Part shown: one piece after another, positions 1-16,582 of the stretch
Numbering within the stretch: position 1 is the stretch's first letter
How the letters are laid out: each line of letters begins with the position of its first letter
Assembly: GCF_009914755.1 (NCBI RefSeq)
Contig: NC_060934.1
Length of the DNA stretch: 64,000 nt
Reading direction: 5' to 3' (one strand)
Source: the human T2T-CHM13v2.0 reference genome, Homo sapiens
Notes under the pieces: model-generated
Seen by the model: only the letters and a program-made list of their open reading frames with translations
Database searches by the model: none
Told to the model about the DNA's origin: nothing
Position numbers and translations under genes: made by a program

Positions 1-1260
1 TCCACATCTTTGTACCTACATAATTTCACATGTATATATTTGTAATATAAATTTCTAGAAGTCAATATAACATCTTATAATTAATGATATGCTACCTGTT
101 TTTCCTGATGCATTAATTTCTTTCACTGTGTAATCAGTGTTTTCTTTTTCTTTTTTGTGATAATGTGAAAAATTAAATTTTCTCTAGCGGTTTGTTTTTA
201 TAAGAATATAGTATGCCTTATATAATGACTCTATTTCTCTGATTATCATTTGTTTATTTATTACTATAATCAATGTTGAATTCAATGATTTCCACTTAAC
301 CCCAGCCTTCCCTCTACTACATGATTTTGTTTGATTTTTGCTATTTTTCTTAGTATTAATATTTATATAATTAAATAAACCTAAATTTGTTGGTTTATCA
401 GCACTGGTGCTTGGCTATAGGATATAAGGAAATCTCTAAACCTACAGTATTTTCCTCTTTCTATCCCCTTTATCTCTGAAATTTTGTTATTTATATAGTA
501 TTTCTGTTGTCAAGAATTATTTCTTTATCTTTGGTATCCATTAGCTCTACTGGAATATGTCTCAGTGTTGATAATTTGATAAAATGCTTTTCCTAGAATA
601 AGAGGTGCCATTTAAGATTTAGACCCAAGCCTTCTATTAATTCTGGATCTCATTAATCTATCATTTGTATTTGTTATTTTTCTCTAACCCTTTCCAGCTC
701 TCATCTACTCCCATTTCACCTCCTCACTCTTCTGACTCTTGTCCTCCACGTCTCTTGCTATGTTTTCAGCAGTGTCTAGGCCCTTCGTGCTATTTCTGAA
801 GTCACCTTCATAATTCTCCTATTATTCCATCTAATCTTCCCTTATCATTTGGCTTTAAACTCTTGTGAGTTTGTGATGAGATATTGATGCTAGTTTTTAA
901 CTGGTCTGTGGGATACTGTTTTCGTGATATTTGTTTTCCCTTCGCCTACCGCCATGATTGTAAGTTTCACTGCTTTTAAATTTGTCAATCTCCTCCACCT
1001 CCCCCAGCTTCCTCTCCTCCATTTCTTTCTGCCTTTCTTCTTGCAGTGTCTTTCTATAGATCCTGTGATACTTCCGTAGCACTCGTCTTCATTAGTATGG
1101 GCTTCCTGAACCAGCAATTATCGGTGGTGAATGTGAGGCAGAGGACGGAGCCATCTAACTTCCTTGTGAAGTTCCTCTTTGCAGAGTGGTATGTGTGAGT
1201 GAGCTCTCTTTTTCTTCTCTCTGCCCAGCAGAGATTGGCAGCTGCATTGCCATTGGCCAT
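1..1260 (-). mobile_element. Old L1M-type LINE fragment(s), boundaries approximate
   Basis: T-rich degenerate sequence with antisense L1 ORF1/5'-region-like composition; no intact ORF. Confidence 0.4.
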
Positions 1261-1401
1261 GCACACCCCCTTGCCTTTACCCTGCCTTGTGGGCAGATGG
1301 GATAATGGTGATCCATTATTCAACTCTGCCTCTTGTGTTTCTGGAGGACAGAGGAAAGGAGGCATTGATAGCTTTATTCTGCCATTTAAATACTGGAAGT
1401 C

Positions 1402-1533
1402 TGCCAGGCACGGTAGCTCATGCCTGTAATTCCAGCACTTTGGCAGGCCAAGCTGGAGGATTGCTTAAGGCCATGAGTTTGAGACCAGCCTGGGGAACAT
1501 AGCAAGACCCCATTTCTAAAAAATTATTTTTTA
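1402..1533 (+). mobile_element. FLAM_C / Alu left monomer
   Basis: Alu left-arm sequence; 17-bp TSD atttaaata(c/t)tggaagt at 1384-1400 and 1534-1550. Confidence 0.9.
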
Positions 1534-1582
1534 ATTTAAATATTGGAAGTAAATTGGTAAGTTTTTATTAAGGTTTGGTAAT

Positions 1583-1790
1583 ATGGAGAAAAGAGCAACG
1601 GTCTTGAAGCAAAATGAGCCATCCCGCCTCTTACTAGCTATGCAACTTTCAACCTCCCTGAGCTCATACTTTGCTGTCTGAGATGATAATGAAGCCTTTG
1701 TAGCCTGGCTCCTGGGGTTCCTGTGGGCAAGAACAGCAAAATGCATGTGAAAGTACTTTCCATGAAATTCGCTGTATAAATGTGAGAAAA
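1583..1790 (+). mobile_element. MIR
   Basis: Degenerate MIR core (ttactagctatgcaact...aacctccctgagctcatacttt). Confidence 0.55.
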
Positions 1791-2510
1791 TCTTAAAATT
1801 AGTATTAATCATAACTTTTAAAAAAAGCAAAACCATCATCTCTTAAGGCCTATCTTAATGCTGGTTTCAAATTTACAGGCCTCGAAATGCAGGAGGTTCA
1901 TAAAAGCATTTTGCTCACGCTGAGACTTCCATTGTTTGTCGAGGGAACATTTCAAATTTTAAAAGCACCCGCCCTTCTAAGGAGCCATCTTCATTTTTGA
2001 AGAGCCCCAAGTAAACCCTGCATGATTTTTATCATCCATGTTTATCACTGTTTCTGCCTCATAATTACAGCTTTAAAATAAGCTCTCCATTATTTGTAGA
2101 AACCTTTTAATGTCCAAAAATAGCTTATCTTAGAATTCACCAACAGCATCCCAGAGCCAGCCTGAGGGAAAGCTCTAAAAACCTAAGATAAACTGCTGTG
2201 TTCTTGCTCTGAGGTGGGGTTCTCAAAGTGTCTTTGATTAGAATCTAAATCTGATTCAATTTCACTGACTATCTACTACCAAAAAGAAACCCCACTGGTG
2301 AAGAGTTTCTTACAGTCCCAGCACTCTCTCATATGAGAAAACTTTTTGGAAGAGCGAGAAATTTTGTGCAAAAATATAAACTGGTTGTTTTTAAGCTATG
2401 CTTCACAATATGTTTCCTCAGTCCAGATAGTTCAGATATAGATCAAATATGTCACTGACAATTTACGACATGTCTCATAGGGTTTATAAGAATTAGAGAG
2501 ATGATTTTCT

Positions 2511-3195
2511 TTTTATTTATTTATTATTATTTATTTTTGTTAGTGTTATTTTTTATTTTACTTTAAGTTCTGGAATACATGTGCAGAATGTGCAGGTTTG
2601 TTACATAGGTATACATGTGCCATGGTGGTTTGCTGCACCTGTCAATCCATCATCTAGGTTTTAAGCCCCGGATGCATGAGGTATTTGTTCTAATGCTCTC
2701 CCTCCCCTTGCCCCCCACCCCCGTGACAGGCCCTGGTGTGTGATGTTCCCCTCCCTGTGTCCATGTGTTCTTATTGTTCAACTCCCAATTATGAGTGAGA
2801 ACATGAGTTGTTTGGTTTTCTGTTCCTGTGTTAGTTTGCTGAGAATGATGGTTTCCAGCTTCATCCATGTCCTTGTAAAGGACATGAACTCATTCTTTTT
2901 TATGGCTGCATAGTATTCCATGGTGTATATGTGCCACATTTTCTTTATCCAGTCTATGATTGATGGGCATTTGGGTTGGGTTCAAGTCTTTGCTATTGTA
3001 AATAGTGCTGCAATAAACATACATGTGCATATGTCTTTAGAGTAGAATGATTTATAATCCTTTAGGTATATATCCAGTAATGGATTGCTGGGTCAAATGG
3101 TCTTTCTGCTTCTAGATCCTTGAGGACTTGCCACACTGTCTTCCACAGTGGTTGAACTAATTTACACTCCCACCAACAGTGTAAAAGCGTTCCTA
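2511..3195 (-). mobile_element. 5'-truncated L1PA (L1PA7/8-like) 3' end
   Basis: Typical antisense L1PA 3'UTR with T-rich tail; imperfect 16-bp TSD 2495-2510 / 3196-3211. Confidence 0.92.
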
Positions 3196-3805
3196 AGATA
3201 AATAATTTTCTATTTTATTCATCTTATTGAACTTTATAAAACTTTATAAAAGGTATAAATTTCGATAATTCACCTTCAATAATTCAATAAATATTTAAGA
3301 ATGCTAATTCTTCTAGAGCTGCGATGGGTAAATGATGCTATAGAGAGGACACCAATGACATGATTTAACATTAATTTTGAACATGGGATGTGCCAGGCAT
3401 TGTACTAAGTATGTGTGATTGCAACAAATCCTCAAAATATTCTCAATTATTAACTTATGTTGTTGTAATAAACATCTTCAATATCTCTGTGGATTACAAC
3501 GAATATTGATTTGACACTCATACTACATTAGGACTGAGGGTCAGCTGCAGCTCCCCTGAGCTGGGCTGGGCTTTTATGTTTTCATTCCAAAAACCAGGTT
3601 GAAGCCACTCCCTGAGACAGCAAAAGAGCTGGTTGCAATGCCTCTGAAACCTTCTGCTCAGACATGAAAAACATCCCATCCAATCTTGTACCATTGGCCA
3701 AATCGAGTCACAAAAGAACGAGAAGGAACAGTACATTCCATCTGTCGAGACGGTTGGCAATGGCAGAAAGAGTTCAAATAATTGTGAATAAAGAATGCAA
3801 TCTGT

Positions 3806-3955
3806 GGTCAGGTGCGGTGGCTCATCCCATAATCCCAGTACTTTTCGAGGCTGAGGTGGGAGGATCACCCTAGGTCAGGAGTTCAAGACCAGCCTGCCCA
3901 ATATGGTGAAACCCTGTCTCTACTAAAAATACAAAAATTAGTCAGGCATGGTGGC
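3806..3955 (+). mobile_element. AluS left arm plus linker, truncated
   Basis: Alu sequence stops abruptly after ...ggcatggtggc. Confidence 0.9.
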
Positions 3956-4080
3956 TAATTGGGTACAGTGTTCACCATTTGGATGATGGGTACACTAGAA
4001 GCCCAAACCTTGCCATTACACATATACTCAGGTAACAGACCTGCATAGGTACCCCCCGAATAATACTCTGGGAAAAAAAA
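3956..4080 (+). mobile_element. L1PB/late-L1PA extreme 3' end fragment
   Basis: ttgggtacagtgttcacc...gatgggtacactagaagcccaaac...gtaacagacctgca followed by an A tract. Confidence 0.75.
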
Positions 4081-4285
4081 GAATATGAGGATACTGGGAA
4101 TGAATGGGCAACACCCCTAACAACCTCTGCTTAGACAAGGCAAATCATTTACCTGCTTGTGCCCCTTCTTGACAAGTGACATAGCCAAACCCAAATCAGT
4201 GAGATGAGGCTAATTACAGGGAAATCTCAAAAAGAGGAGAAGAAAATGAATACTTATGAACAAATGATATAATCTTCATGCCTCA

Positions 4286-4732
<447 letters not shown>

Positions 4733-5952
4733 TTAAATTGCAGATTATTTCCCAGATTCCTCCTCCAGAGCACTCTCTCTCTCCTTCTCTCTTTTCGGAA
4801 TTTCCCATACCATCTTGTCTAAGTCTCCAAGAGGCTATTAATGAAAAGAACTTTAGCAGAATTTTCAAAGATGGCAAATCATAAAGGCTGTGTGAAATGA
4901 TGTTATGGGTTTCTTCAAGAAAGAACTCATTAAATTGATGCCAGTTGTAACTTGTGAGACCATAAAGCTTAACGTAAGAATATTGCAGACAGGAAGGTGA
5001 TCCAATCACAGCGTGTTCAGTAATTACATTCCTTTAGAGGCACTCCCAGTTTGCTCTGAATTGCCGTGCTACGCTTTCACCCAGAACCTGGGAATATAAA
5101 AACCTGAAGTATCATATTGTGGAAGGGATTCAAATTTCTGAATTTACACCCAGATAAGGAAATCTTTTAGGACCAATCCTAAATGATTTGTCAGTATCAG
5201 CCTAAGTCTCTGGATTCAAAAGTAATCGTGCTCTCGTTAAATATCACATTCAGGAAAACAGCTATTAAAGCCACATGTTACAAACCCATCACGGGCAAGT
5301 GTTAAAATTCCAAATGAGGTTTCCTTCTCATCCTTGACTTTTCATTCTTTTACTACTCTCATTTCTTCACATCTATCTCAGATGTGCCTGGTAGAAGAAT
5401 TTCCTGTAAATCGCATTCCGATTTGTTACCAGGAAGGCACTGAGCTTAGATCTGTTATATATCAAGTTTCCCAAACATTGCCTAAATAAATGTATTACTA
5501 TATAGATTAAACCGAATTTAAATAAAGTCAAGAGTGGCCTTGGGGAGAGTCATATACAAACATAGCTGACGCCCTGAATGATGTGAATGGGAAGAGCAAG
5601 GGGAGGAGTAGCAAAGACTGAGCCTCAGAACCTTTCATATTCTTAGAGGCTCCTCCCAGCTAGGGGCTATTCAGGTCCCAGCATACCAGCTGCCATGATT
5701 GTTAGGGGGAGAAATCAGGTTGTCAATACTAAAAGGGGTGTTGATAATGAATCAGAAAAGTGATAAATGAGAAGTTTAGACTTTTCTCACTGTATTGGCT
5801 AAAGAGAAATAATCCAACCAGGCTAATTAGTAGACTGTGCACAGTTGTATGAACTCAGATTATGTAATTCTTGGAATATCACATCACTGGTAAAAGTATT
5901 ATTGTTGGTTTGATAATTTTTAGCATTGAAGGAGATTTGCGTGCTGTACAGA

Positions 5953-6099
5953 GGTCTGTTGTGGTGGCTTACGTCTGTAATCCCAGCACTTTGGTAGGCC
6001 AAGACAGGAGGGTCACTTGAGGCCAGGTTTTGAGACTAGCCTGGGCAACAGAGCAAGACCCCATCTTTACTAAAAAATAAAAATAAATAAATAAATAAA
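5953..6099 (+). mobile_element. FLAM_C / Alu left monomer
   Basis: Left arm with (AAAT)n tail. Confidence 0.85.
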
Positions 6100-6954
6100 T
6101 TCCATATCTAATCTAGACCATAAGTATTAGACACCATTACTAGTAGTGCTAGGCCTGCAGCAGCTTCACAGGCTGTGAAGACTGGAGGAATGATTATTAT
6201 CTTGGTGGCTCGGGTGAAGTGTAAATTTAAGATGATGAGAGTCCCATGATAAACATTTATAATATTATGCCTTTTAGACGTAGTAGTGAAGATATTAGGT
6301 GGAATTGGTAAACTAGTATCTTTAATAAAGATATAATGAAAGCTAGAATAATATTATTATAAATAGAAGGCCTATTGGTAATTACGAGTAATTATAATTT
6401 GAGTCAACATAATTTAATTTAAATTAATTACCCTATTCAACTCACTCTAATCCTCTATGGAGCCATTTATAGGCAAGTCCCAAGGCTAGAATGGAGACTA
6501 AATAAGTGCTATAATGAGTATTAGTTTTAGGCTGCTGCTTTGGAAGTCTCAATCTAAAGTCAGCCATGATTAGGTTTTAAACATAGGCACATTTACATTC
6601 TAGACTTTCTTGCCCTAGGGTGCTGAAAATAGGAAGGAACTTCCTAAGGATGTTGACCTGCTTTTGATGGAAACAAGAACTGAGTATTCTGTGACCCTTA
6701 GGAACCCTGCCTGGAGACCTGGTTCTTTGGAGCTGGCTCTGTACTGCCTTATGGAAGTAGTCAATCAGGGCTGGGAGAATGAGAGGACCACGGTGCACCT
6801 ATGGCCAATGAATTGGGGACAATCTGGTGCTATGGCTTGTGCAGGACTCCCACACCCTCCTGGAGAAAAGTGAGCAGGTGCCATTGGTTTTTATCCCATT
6901 GGGATACCATTGGCAAGCAGCTGTCTTTTCTCTGAGAACTTCCTCACCTATTGA

Positions 6955-7760
<806 letters not shown>

Positions 7761-7849
7761 TAAGAAGGCCTATGGGGCCCAACAAGCCTATAGGTAAGAA
7801 CCGAGTGATGCCCACCTGCTGTGAAGAATGCAACTGCTAAGCCAAGCAG

Positions 7850-8320
7850 TTTCTCTTCTCTTAGCAAAAGAAGTTCTGAGCCCTTGGCAATGTCTACGAC
7901 ACGCTACACAGTCCAGCCCTCACCTACCTTTCAGGTTTCATCTCTTGCTGCTCAGCACTCAGCCCTCTCGCCTTCCCTGCCCTGTGCACTTAACACTCTG
8001 ACCACACCGGACTACTGGCTATTCTTTGAATATGTCTCACACGTTCACACCTTTGGGCCTTTGCAAATGTCATTTCCTTTCTGAGACTCTTTTCCTCCAC
8101 CATAAGACCAGCTTTTCCTCCACCATAAGACCAGCTCAGACATCTCTTCTCTGTGAACACCTTCCTTGAACTTCCTCCCCCAAACAGAATGAGTTACTGC
8201 CTTCTTCATGCACCCACAACCTTCTTTATGGTATTTTATTATAATACGACATTGCATCTTTTTAATTTGCTTTCCTGTTTGCCTCTCCCCCTATACTGTA
8301 AAATGTTGGGAGAAATAATT
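7850..8320 (+). mobile_element. L2 3' fragment
   Basis: L2 motifs gggcctttgcaaatgtcatttcc...ccttccttgaac...ctctccccctatactgtaa. Confidence 0.65.
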
Positions 8321-10926
8321 AAGTGAGATAGATAGGTTAACTACTTGTACGGAGCAATCTGCAATTTTTAGTAGCTTAAAGGCACAGAAAGTTTATTTCT
8401 CATTCAGGTCATAGTCCGATGGGGTATTTGGCCATGCAGCAATTCTGGTTCCCCAGGTTCCTTTCATCTAAGGGCTCTCTCCCTTACTGTAAAGCATTGG
8501 GAGAAATAATTAAGTGATACTGATACCTAGGAGTCCTTAAAGATATCAGCATCTCAGTGAATAACCTCTTAGCAAGTATAAGTCAATAATCAGGCAGAAA
8601 TTCTTGCCTACAATATAGTAAAAAACCTGAGTTTTATTTAAGAGAAGTTGTAAACTATTTGGGAATGTGTTCTAGATGCATCATTCATCCCTGGAGAAAT
8701 ATAAAAGCTAAAAGAAAGCATAGGTAATACATTTCTGAGGTCAAGACAATCATGATACTGCTCTCCACAGTGGTGGCTGACATACACAGAAAAGAATAAA
8801 ACAGATCGGTGAGGGTCTCTGATTAAATACAATTTCCACAGCATTTGTACTGAGGAACCCTCAAGTTTTGGAGAAATGCAGGACAGAAATTAGCTTTCAT
8901 GAACATTTCATTGCCTGGTCTATGTGAAGGAGGTCCTGTCACAGGGGAATGCGGAAAGCTCTGGGCTGAGTTACTTTGAATCCTTCTTTCTCAATAAATG
9001 AGCCTGAATTTCCACCTTATCAAGGTCAACACGGACAGCTACAGTTCAAAAGAAGATTTTTCCATTACCATAATGGATTGCAATAAAAACCATTGGCCGA
9101 GCCTCTTCCTCCTCATCTTGGCATTTACAATCCAAGGCTTAGTAACTTTCAGAGTAAAATGAGTTCACCTTTTATTCAGACTTTTATTTCATGCAGTAAT
9201 TTCATCTGCTTGTGCTTATACAAGCTCAACATCTCTCTGGTTCCCTCTCTCCTGGCTCTGATTTCCCTACTGCCTCAGGCCAGACCTTCTAAGACAATCT
9301 TTCCTAGCAGCCAATGCCATGGTTGTTGCTCCCAGGACTGTTAAAAATAGACCCTGGTCTGCTGCTTCGATCCTTAAAGAAAAAGAGATGAGATCATTTT
9401 CCGCTTGGAGAGTAGATCCAGACTGTGAGTGATTGGCATTAGGGCATTCAATTGCAGAAGAAACAGGTGTTAAAGAGACTTCTCCCATCTTATTAAGCAT
9501 CCTTTTCATACGTTGATTCACAGACTTGTTTCAATTCTCATGACTGAATAGGCAACCCTGTAATTTGTCAGCTATATCCATTTTTCCACCCCCTGGCAAC
9601 AGTTTCTCTTCAGTTTCTGCCAAGATTGTCTATTGTCTCCATAAGTTTCTGCCCAAGGTAAGTGACAGAAGGATGGCCATATGAAATTAAACAGCAAAAA
9701 GCAACAGGCATGTAATTTAACAGAACTACCAGGCAGGAACATCAATCTGTACTTTTATTTGCATTCTGGTAATGGGGTTCCTCCCATGCTTTTCAGGTGT
9801 TTTCTGACAATACCTTAAAGTTAATCAACTTTTAATCTTTGGAAATGACCCTTTGACAAAATAAGGAGCAAGATGGGGGTACGTATAAAAAGGAGAGAGA
9901 ATCTTACAGTGAAAATACTGAATATCAGAAATCAGGAAGATATTGATTGCATTCCTTTCAAATCTTTCAGCCACAGTGTAAAACATTTTTAGCACAGGAG
10001 GGGTGAAAACCACAAAACATGTTTATACCTGAGTAAGCTAGAGGTTTGCAAACACCCTGTTACAGACATCAGGATCAGAAGGCAACTTCAGTTTTAAATA
10101 CCCCAACTGAGGAAACGACAACGGCTGTTCATGGAAAGATAGGTATTTCGGAGAGATCCGAGTCCTAATTCTAGTTTTAACATTGACCATCTCTCTAACT
10201 TTGAATAAATTTTTTTATTTCTTGCGACCCCAGTTCCTTCATCAGCAAAGTGAGGAAATGGAATTAGATGATCACCAAGATGACTCCTAGCTCTAATGCT
10301 CTGTGAATGCCATCGTCTACTCTTGTGTCATGTCATCTGACAAATCAATTCTGTAGAGTTACAGTGCCCAGCTTATGCCACTGGAAAATGGCAACAACTG
10401 TGAAATGAATCCCTTGTTGATTTGCCTTAATATTTTCAATTTGGAAAGAGTCTGTGTGAATATGTGTGTATACCTTGGTATGGGCCACATACCTGTTGTA
10501 AGGTGTTATATTCAGATTTAAAAACCTTAAAGCAACCAAGTAAAGCCATTGCATTTAGGAGACCAAAACCTAGAGGATCCACCCTATACAGACATGATAC
10601 CTTTCTTTCTCTCCTTTATCATTTTTTTCCTTTAAACTATCCTTCCCCTTTTCTCATTTCACTTTTAGAATCCAGGGAGGACTCCTTCAGACTGGTGCAC
10701 TTCTGTGTAACAGATTTCTAGTGCCAAGGTTCTACTGAGGCCTGGAGGGACTGCCTTGGTCTTCTCAGGGAAGATTAGGGCCAAAGGAGAATGGGAGTGT
10801 GCCAGTCTGTGATAAGGCTTGCCTGAAGCAGGGGCAGTGGGTGATGACACCCAGGAGGTGAGTGAGCAGTTTTAAGTTCTTAGGCCAATAGACTTCTGGT
10901 AGCCTTCAGAAGTTACCCTGAGCAAG

Positions 10927-11378
<452 letters not shown>

Positions 11379-11409
11379 CTGAACAACTTTCTTTAATGTG
11401 GCCTCTACC

Positions 11410-11524
11410 TTAGATAGCGAAGACCAAAATGCTTCTAAACCCTAGAAGGTGGAGGCTGAGCAAGTTTCTTTAATGTGGCCTCCACCTTCCAGGGTTTGGA
11501 AACATTTTGGTCTTCGCTATCTAA
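11410..11524. repeat. 47-bp inverted repeat (3 mismatches, 21-bp spacer)
   Basis: 11410-11456 is the reverse complement of 11478-11524. Confidence 0.95.
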
Positions 11525-11715
11525 AGTGCAATATGCAAAATCAGTTCTTTTCCAAACAGATGTTTTTGCAAAGCTTATTATTCTTCAACCTGGTTGTTTG
11601 AACTTAGATGTGCGATAAATTCCCCTATATGTATGTTTTAAGTAACAGACTTTATTTTCTTTTTAGTTTCACTTTTATAACAGAGACAGAGGAGAAAAAC
11701 AATTTCAGAGAAGAA

Positions 11716-12399
<684 letters not shown>

Positions 12400-13001
12400 T
12401 AGAACAGGAATTTTAAAAATAAAACTCCGTGGCCCAAACTGAACCTAATGCCCAGAATTACCTTGATGTCTGCTATTGGATTAAGATTGTTGGTCTATTG
12501 GTCTTTGCCTAGTTTTTATGTGTGAGCCCAGCAGAGAGCCAGGCACCATGATGGGTTCAAGAATGTGAAGCCGGGATCCAACTTGCAGATAAGCGGATGC
12601 TGGCACTGGAAATGAGGTGTGGCTGCTGCACTGGTCTGAAGCTCATTAGATGTCTACTTGCTTGAGGCAGTGAGGTGCCTAGAAGCAAACCCAGTCAAAA
12701 AGAAAGAGGCAACCAGGTTTGCAGACTTAACCCAGCAATCAAACCTTGCCTACAGGTTGAATGAGGTGATTTGGAATCTGTCTCTCTGATTCTTTCTTTT
12801 GTAAATTTTTTAATATTTTATTTTATTTTATTTTTGTATCCCTCTGATTCTTTTCCTGGCTGTCTTCCAATGAAGTCCTATTTTAGGAACAATGTTTCCC
12901 TAAATAAGGACTGTTTTCCTAAAAGCTCTCATAAGACATCGGAGACACAAGAAACAGGACTTGAGGGCCCCATCCAATGAGATGACGAGCAGTGGTCATG
13001 A

Positions 13002-13454
<453 letters not shown>

Positions 13455-14347
13455 AAAGGGGAAATATTAATGAACCCTGTAGACACATTCTGAAGCCCCC
13501 CAGAAATATTCAGGGCAAGGACTGAATGCAGGGAGCAGGTGAGGTCATGAAGGACCAAGATTTTCATGACAGAGGTTAAGGTTTTAGTTTGTCCTTCTGG
13601 AGTTTATAATCTGGTTGAGAAGGCAAGACCATCACCCCTGAAAAACTTGAAAATAATAAAATATAGGATGTGATCAAACACTAAATTGCTTTTTAGATTT
13701 TTTTCAGCCTAATCACAGCAGTCTTTGAGAAGGAGATGGAATCTCACAAGGACTTAAAGAGTGGGTGGGATTAGGAAAGGTAGAGGGTCTTCCAAAAGCA
13801 TTAAAAACTGTGGGCCAGAAACGAAGACCTCTTACAAGCACATTGAGCCCTTGCCATGTGCCATAAACTGTCTTAGGACCTTTCCGCCACGTGCGTTTAA
13901 TCCTCACAACAACTAATAAAGAAGGTTTTATTTCTACCATTGTACAGAGGTGAAGATCGGAGATTCATATGAAGTGATGGCCCATGCCCATGCCATTAGG
14001 ATGGGAGAGCTGAGTGAAAGGCAGATGGCAGATCTGTCTGCTCCCGGGGAACAGAGGGGACAACGCAAGACAAGGAACAGGGATGCCACAGAACAGGCAG
14101 GAAACCTTGGGAGCCATGCCCAGAGGCTTGTGAGCAGTTCTGTAGATAAGGGAAAGTCACTGGGGATGTTTTTGGAGGAAGGCTAATATATTGATCGTTG
14201 TTGGGCTGATTAATTAGGAAATGGGAAGGAAGAGCCTGAAAATAAAGGCAATCTAGCGAGAGCATAAAATTAATAATCTAGATATCATGGACCATGAAGG
14301 AATGGTGAATTGAACGTTTGAAAGGAAGAAACGACAGGCCTTGGTGA

Positions 14348-14652
<305 letters not shown>

Positions 14653-16291
14653 TGACTTGTCCTTAATAAGGACCACACATCTTATGACACCAGAAGACTC
14701 TCCAAGGAAATGCTGCCTTTTATCTGGTGGGCCAGGTTATGGCAATGCTGGACCAAACTGTAAGTCCAGGCCAGCACCAGAGGCCAGGGATTTCCCCAAT
14801 CACTAAACTGAAATGGAAAGTCAAGCTCAGAAACTCATTGCAAAAATGAACCCGGACACAGCTGGTAGTAACGATCTTTCTGGGACGCTAGAGTCCTCCT
14901 CAAGTCCAACCAAGGGTGTGAGCAAAACAGAAGACCTCTGTAGACTGGAACCAGGGCTCCCCAAAGTCTAGCAAGCACAGAACTCAGACAAGGTCTGAGA
15001 TTTTATGTCTCTCTGTTTCAAGCAAGGAGATTAAAGGACGCAATTAGTAGCCAGGCTCTTAGAACTATAGTTTTAGCTTAGCTGTATTTTAGAGAAGTCT
15101 CAGTCTTTGAAAGAGGCTAGGCTCTATTTTACATATGTCATATTCCTGGCTAGAGTGATCAATAAGTGATAATGCCCTAATTCTCATCCTGGAGTATATG
15201 TGAGTGTGTGTATGTAAAATTGTCTGATGTTAAAATGTATCATTAATTTATTTTCCAGCATCTAGGTTAGACTATAACGATGTGATATATATCAAATGAA
15301 TTTCATGGCTACAATCCAGATGTAACAAATGAATCATTTAAAATGATCTGATGCCAAATTTTTCATTTTCTTCCATTTTATAAATGCATCCTATCTCAGC
15401 TCAAAATCAATCTATTAACCTTGAAAACATTTTGAGCTGGAACAAAGGTTAGCAGTGAACTTTCCGACCTTCCACATGATATTAGTCATAGTTAGCAATT
15501 ATTATTGGCTTTGAGCGTTGAGGAACCGGATGAGACAAGACTCATAACGTGGCAATGACCAATAAACTGAACTTCAGAGAACGCAGTGAAAATGAAGAGC
15601 ATGCAAAATCTGGGTTTTAAACCCCGAGCCTGTCTGCTACAAAGCTCCTGTCTTTTTAAAACAAATTTGAATGTCTTGGCAGCTATTCTGATAAATTACA
15701 CATAAAATACTCATGTAAAATCCTTGTGTTATGAGACAAGGAATTCTGTTTACTGGATTTGAAGGGCAACTGAAGTCTGAAAAAATGATGTGTCTGCTCT
15801 CAAAGCCTCCACTGGGATGAATCTGATGGATTTCCCAGGTGCTAGAACTATTTTCTCTGCCGTGAAACAGGAGAAACAAGGCGGATAGAAGCTTAGCATG
15901 ATTTTTAAAATTAAAGTCCAAATATCTCAACTAAAATTGCCTGAGGAATACATAAATATATTATCCTCTGGATGAATTTTGAATTACATTATATAGATTT
16001 TAACACATTATAAAACATAATATAGATACTTTTGGATTCATGACATGAAAGAACAGTAAATGTTTTGCTCATATGGGACATAGGAAAATACTTCTCTTAA
16101 ATTCCTCAGCCGTGTTTTATAGATATTCTGCTTCTGTACCACTAAGAGTATGGAAACTTGTTACTGTAAATGGAATATTTTTCCTCAATTGTTAGTTAGA
16201 CATGAAATAAAATAGTGCCATCTTTCCTGTAAAAGAGCCTCACTTCATGGAATTTCAAAGTATTTTCTGTTGTATTATTTTTCTTAATTTA

Positions 16292-16582
<291 letters not shown>

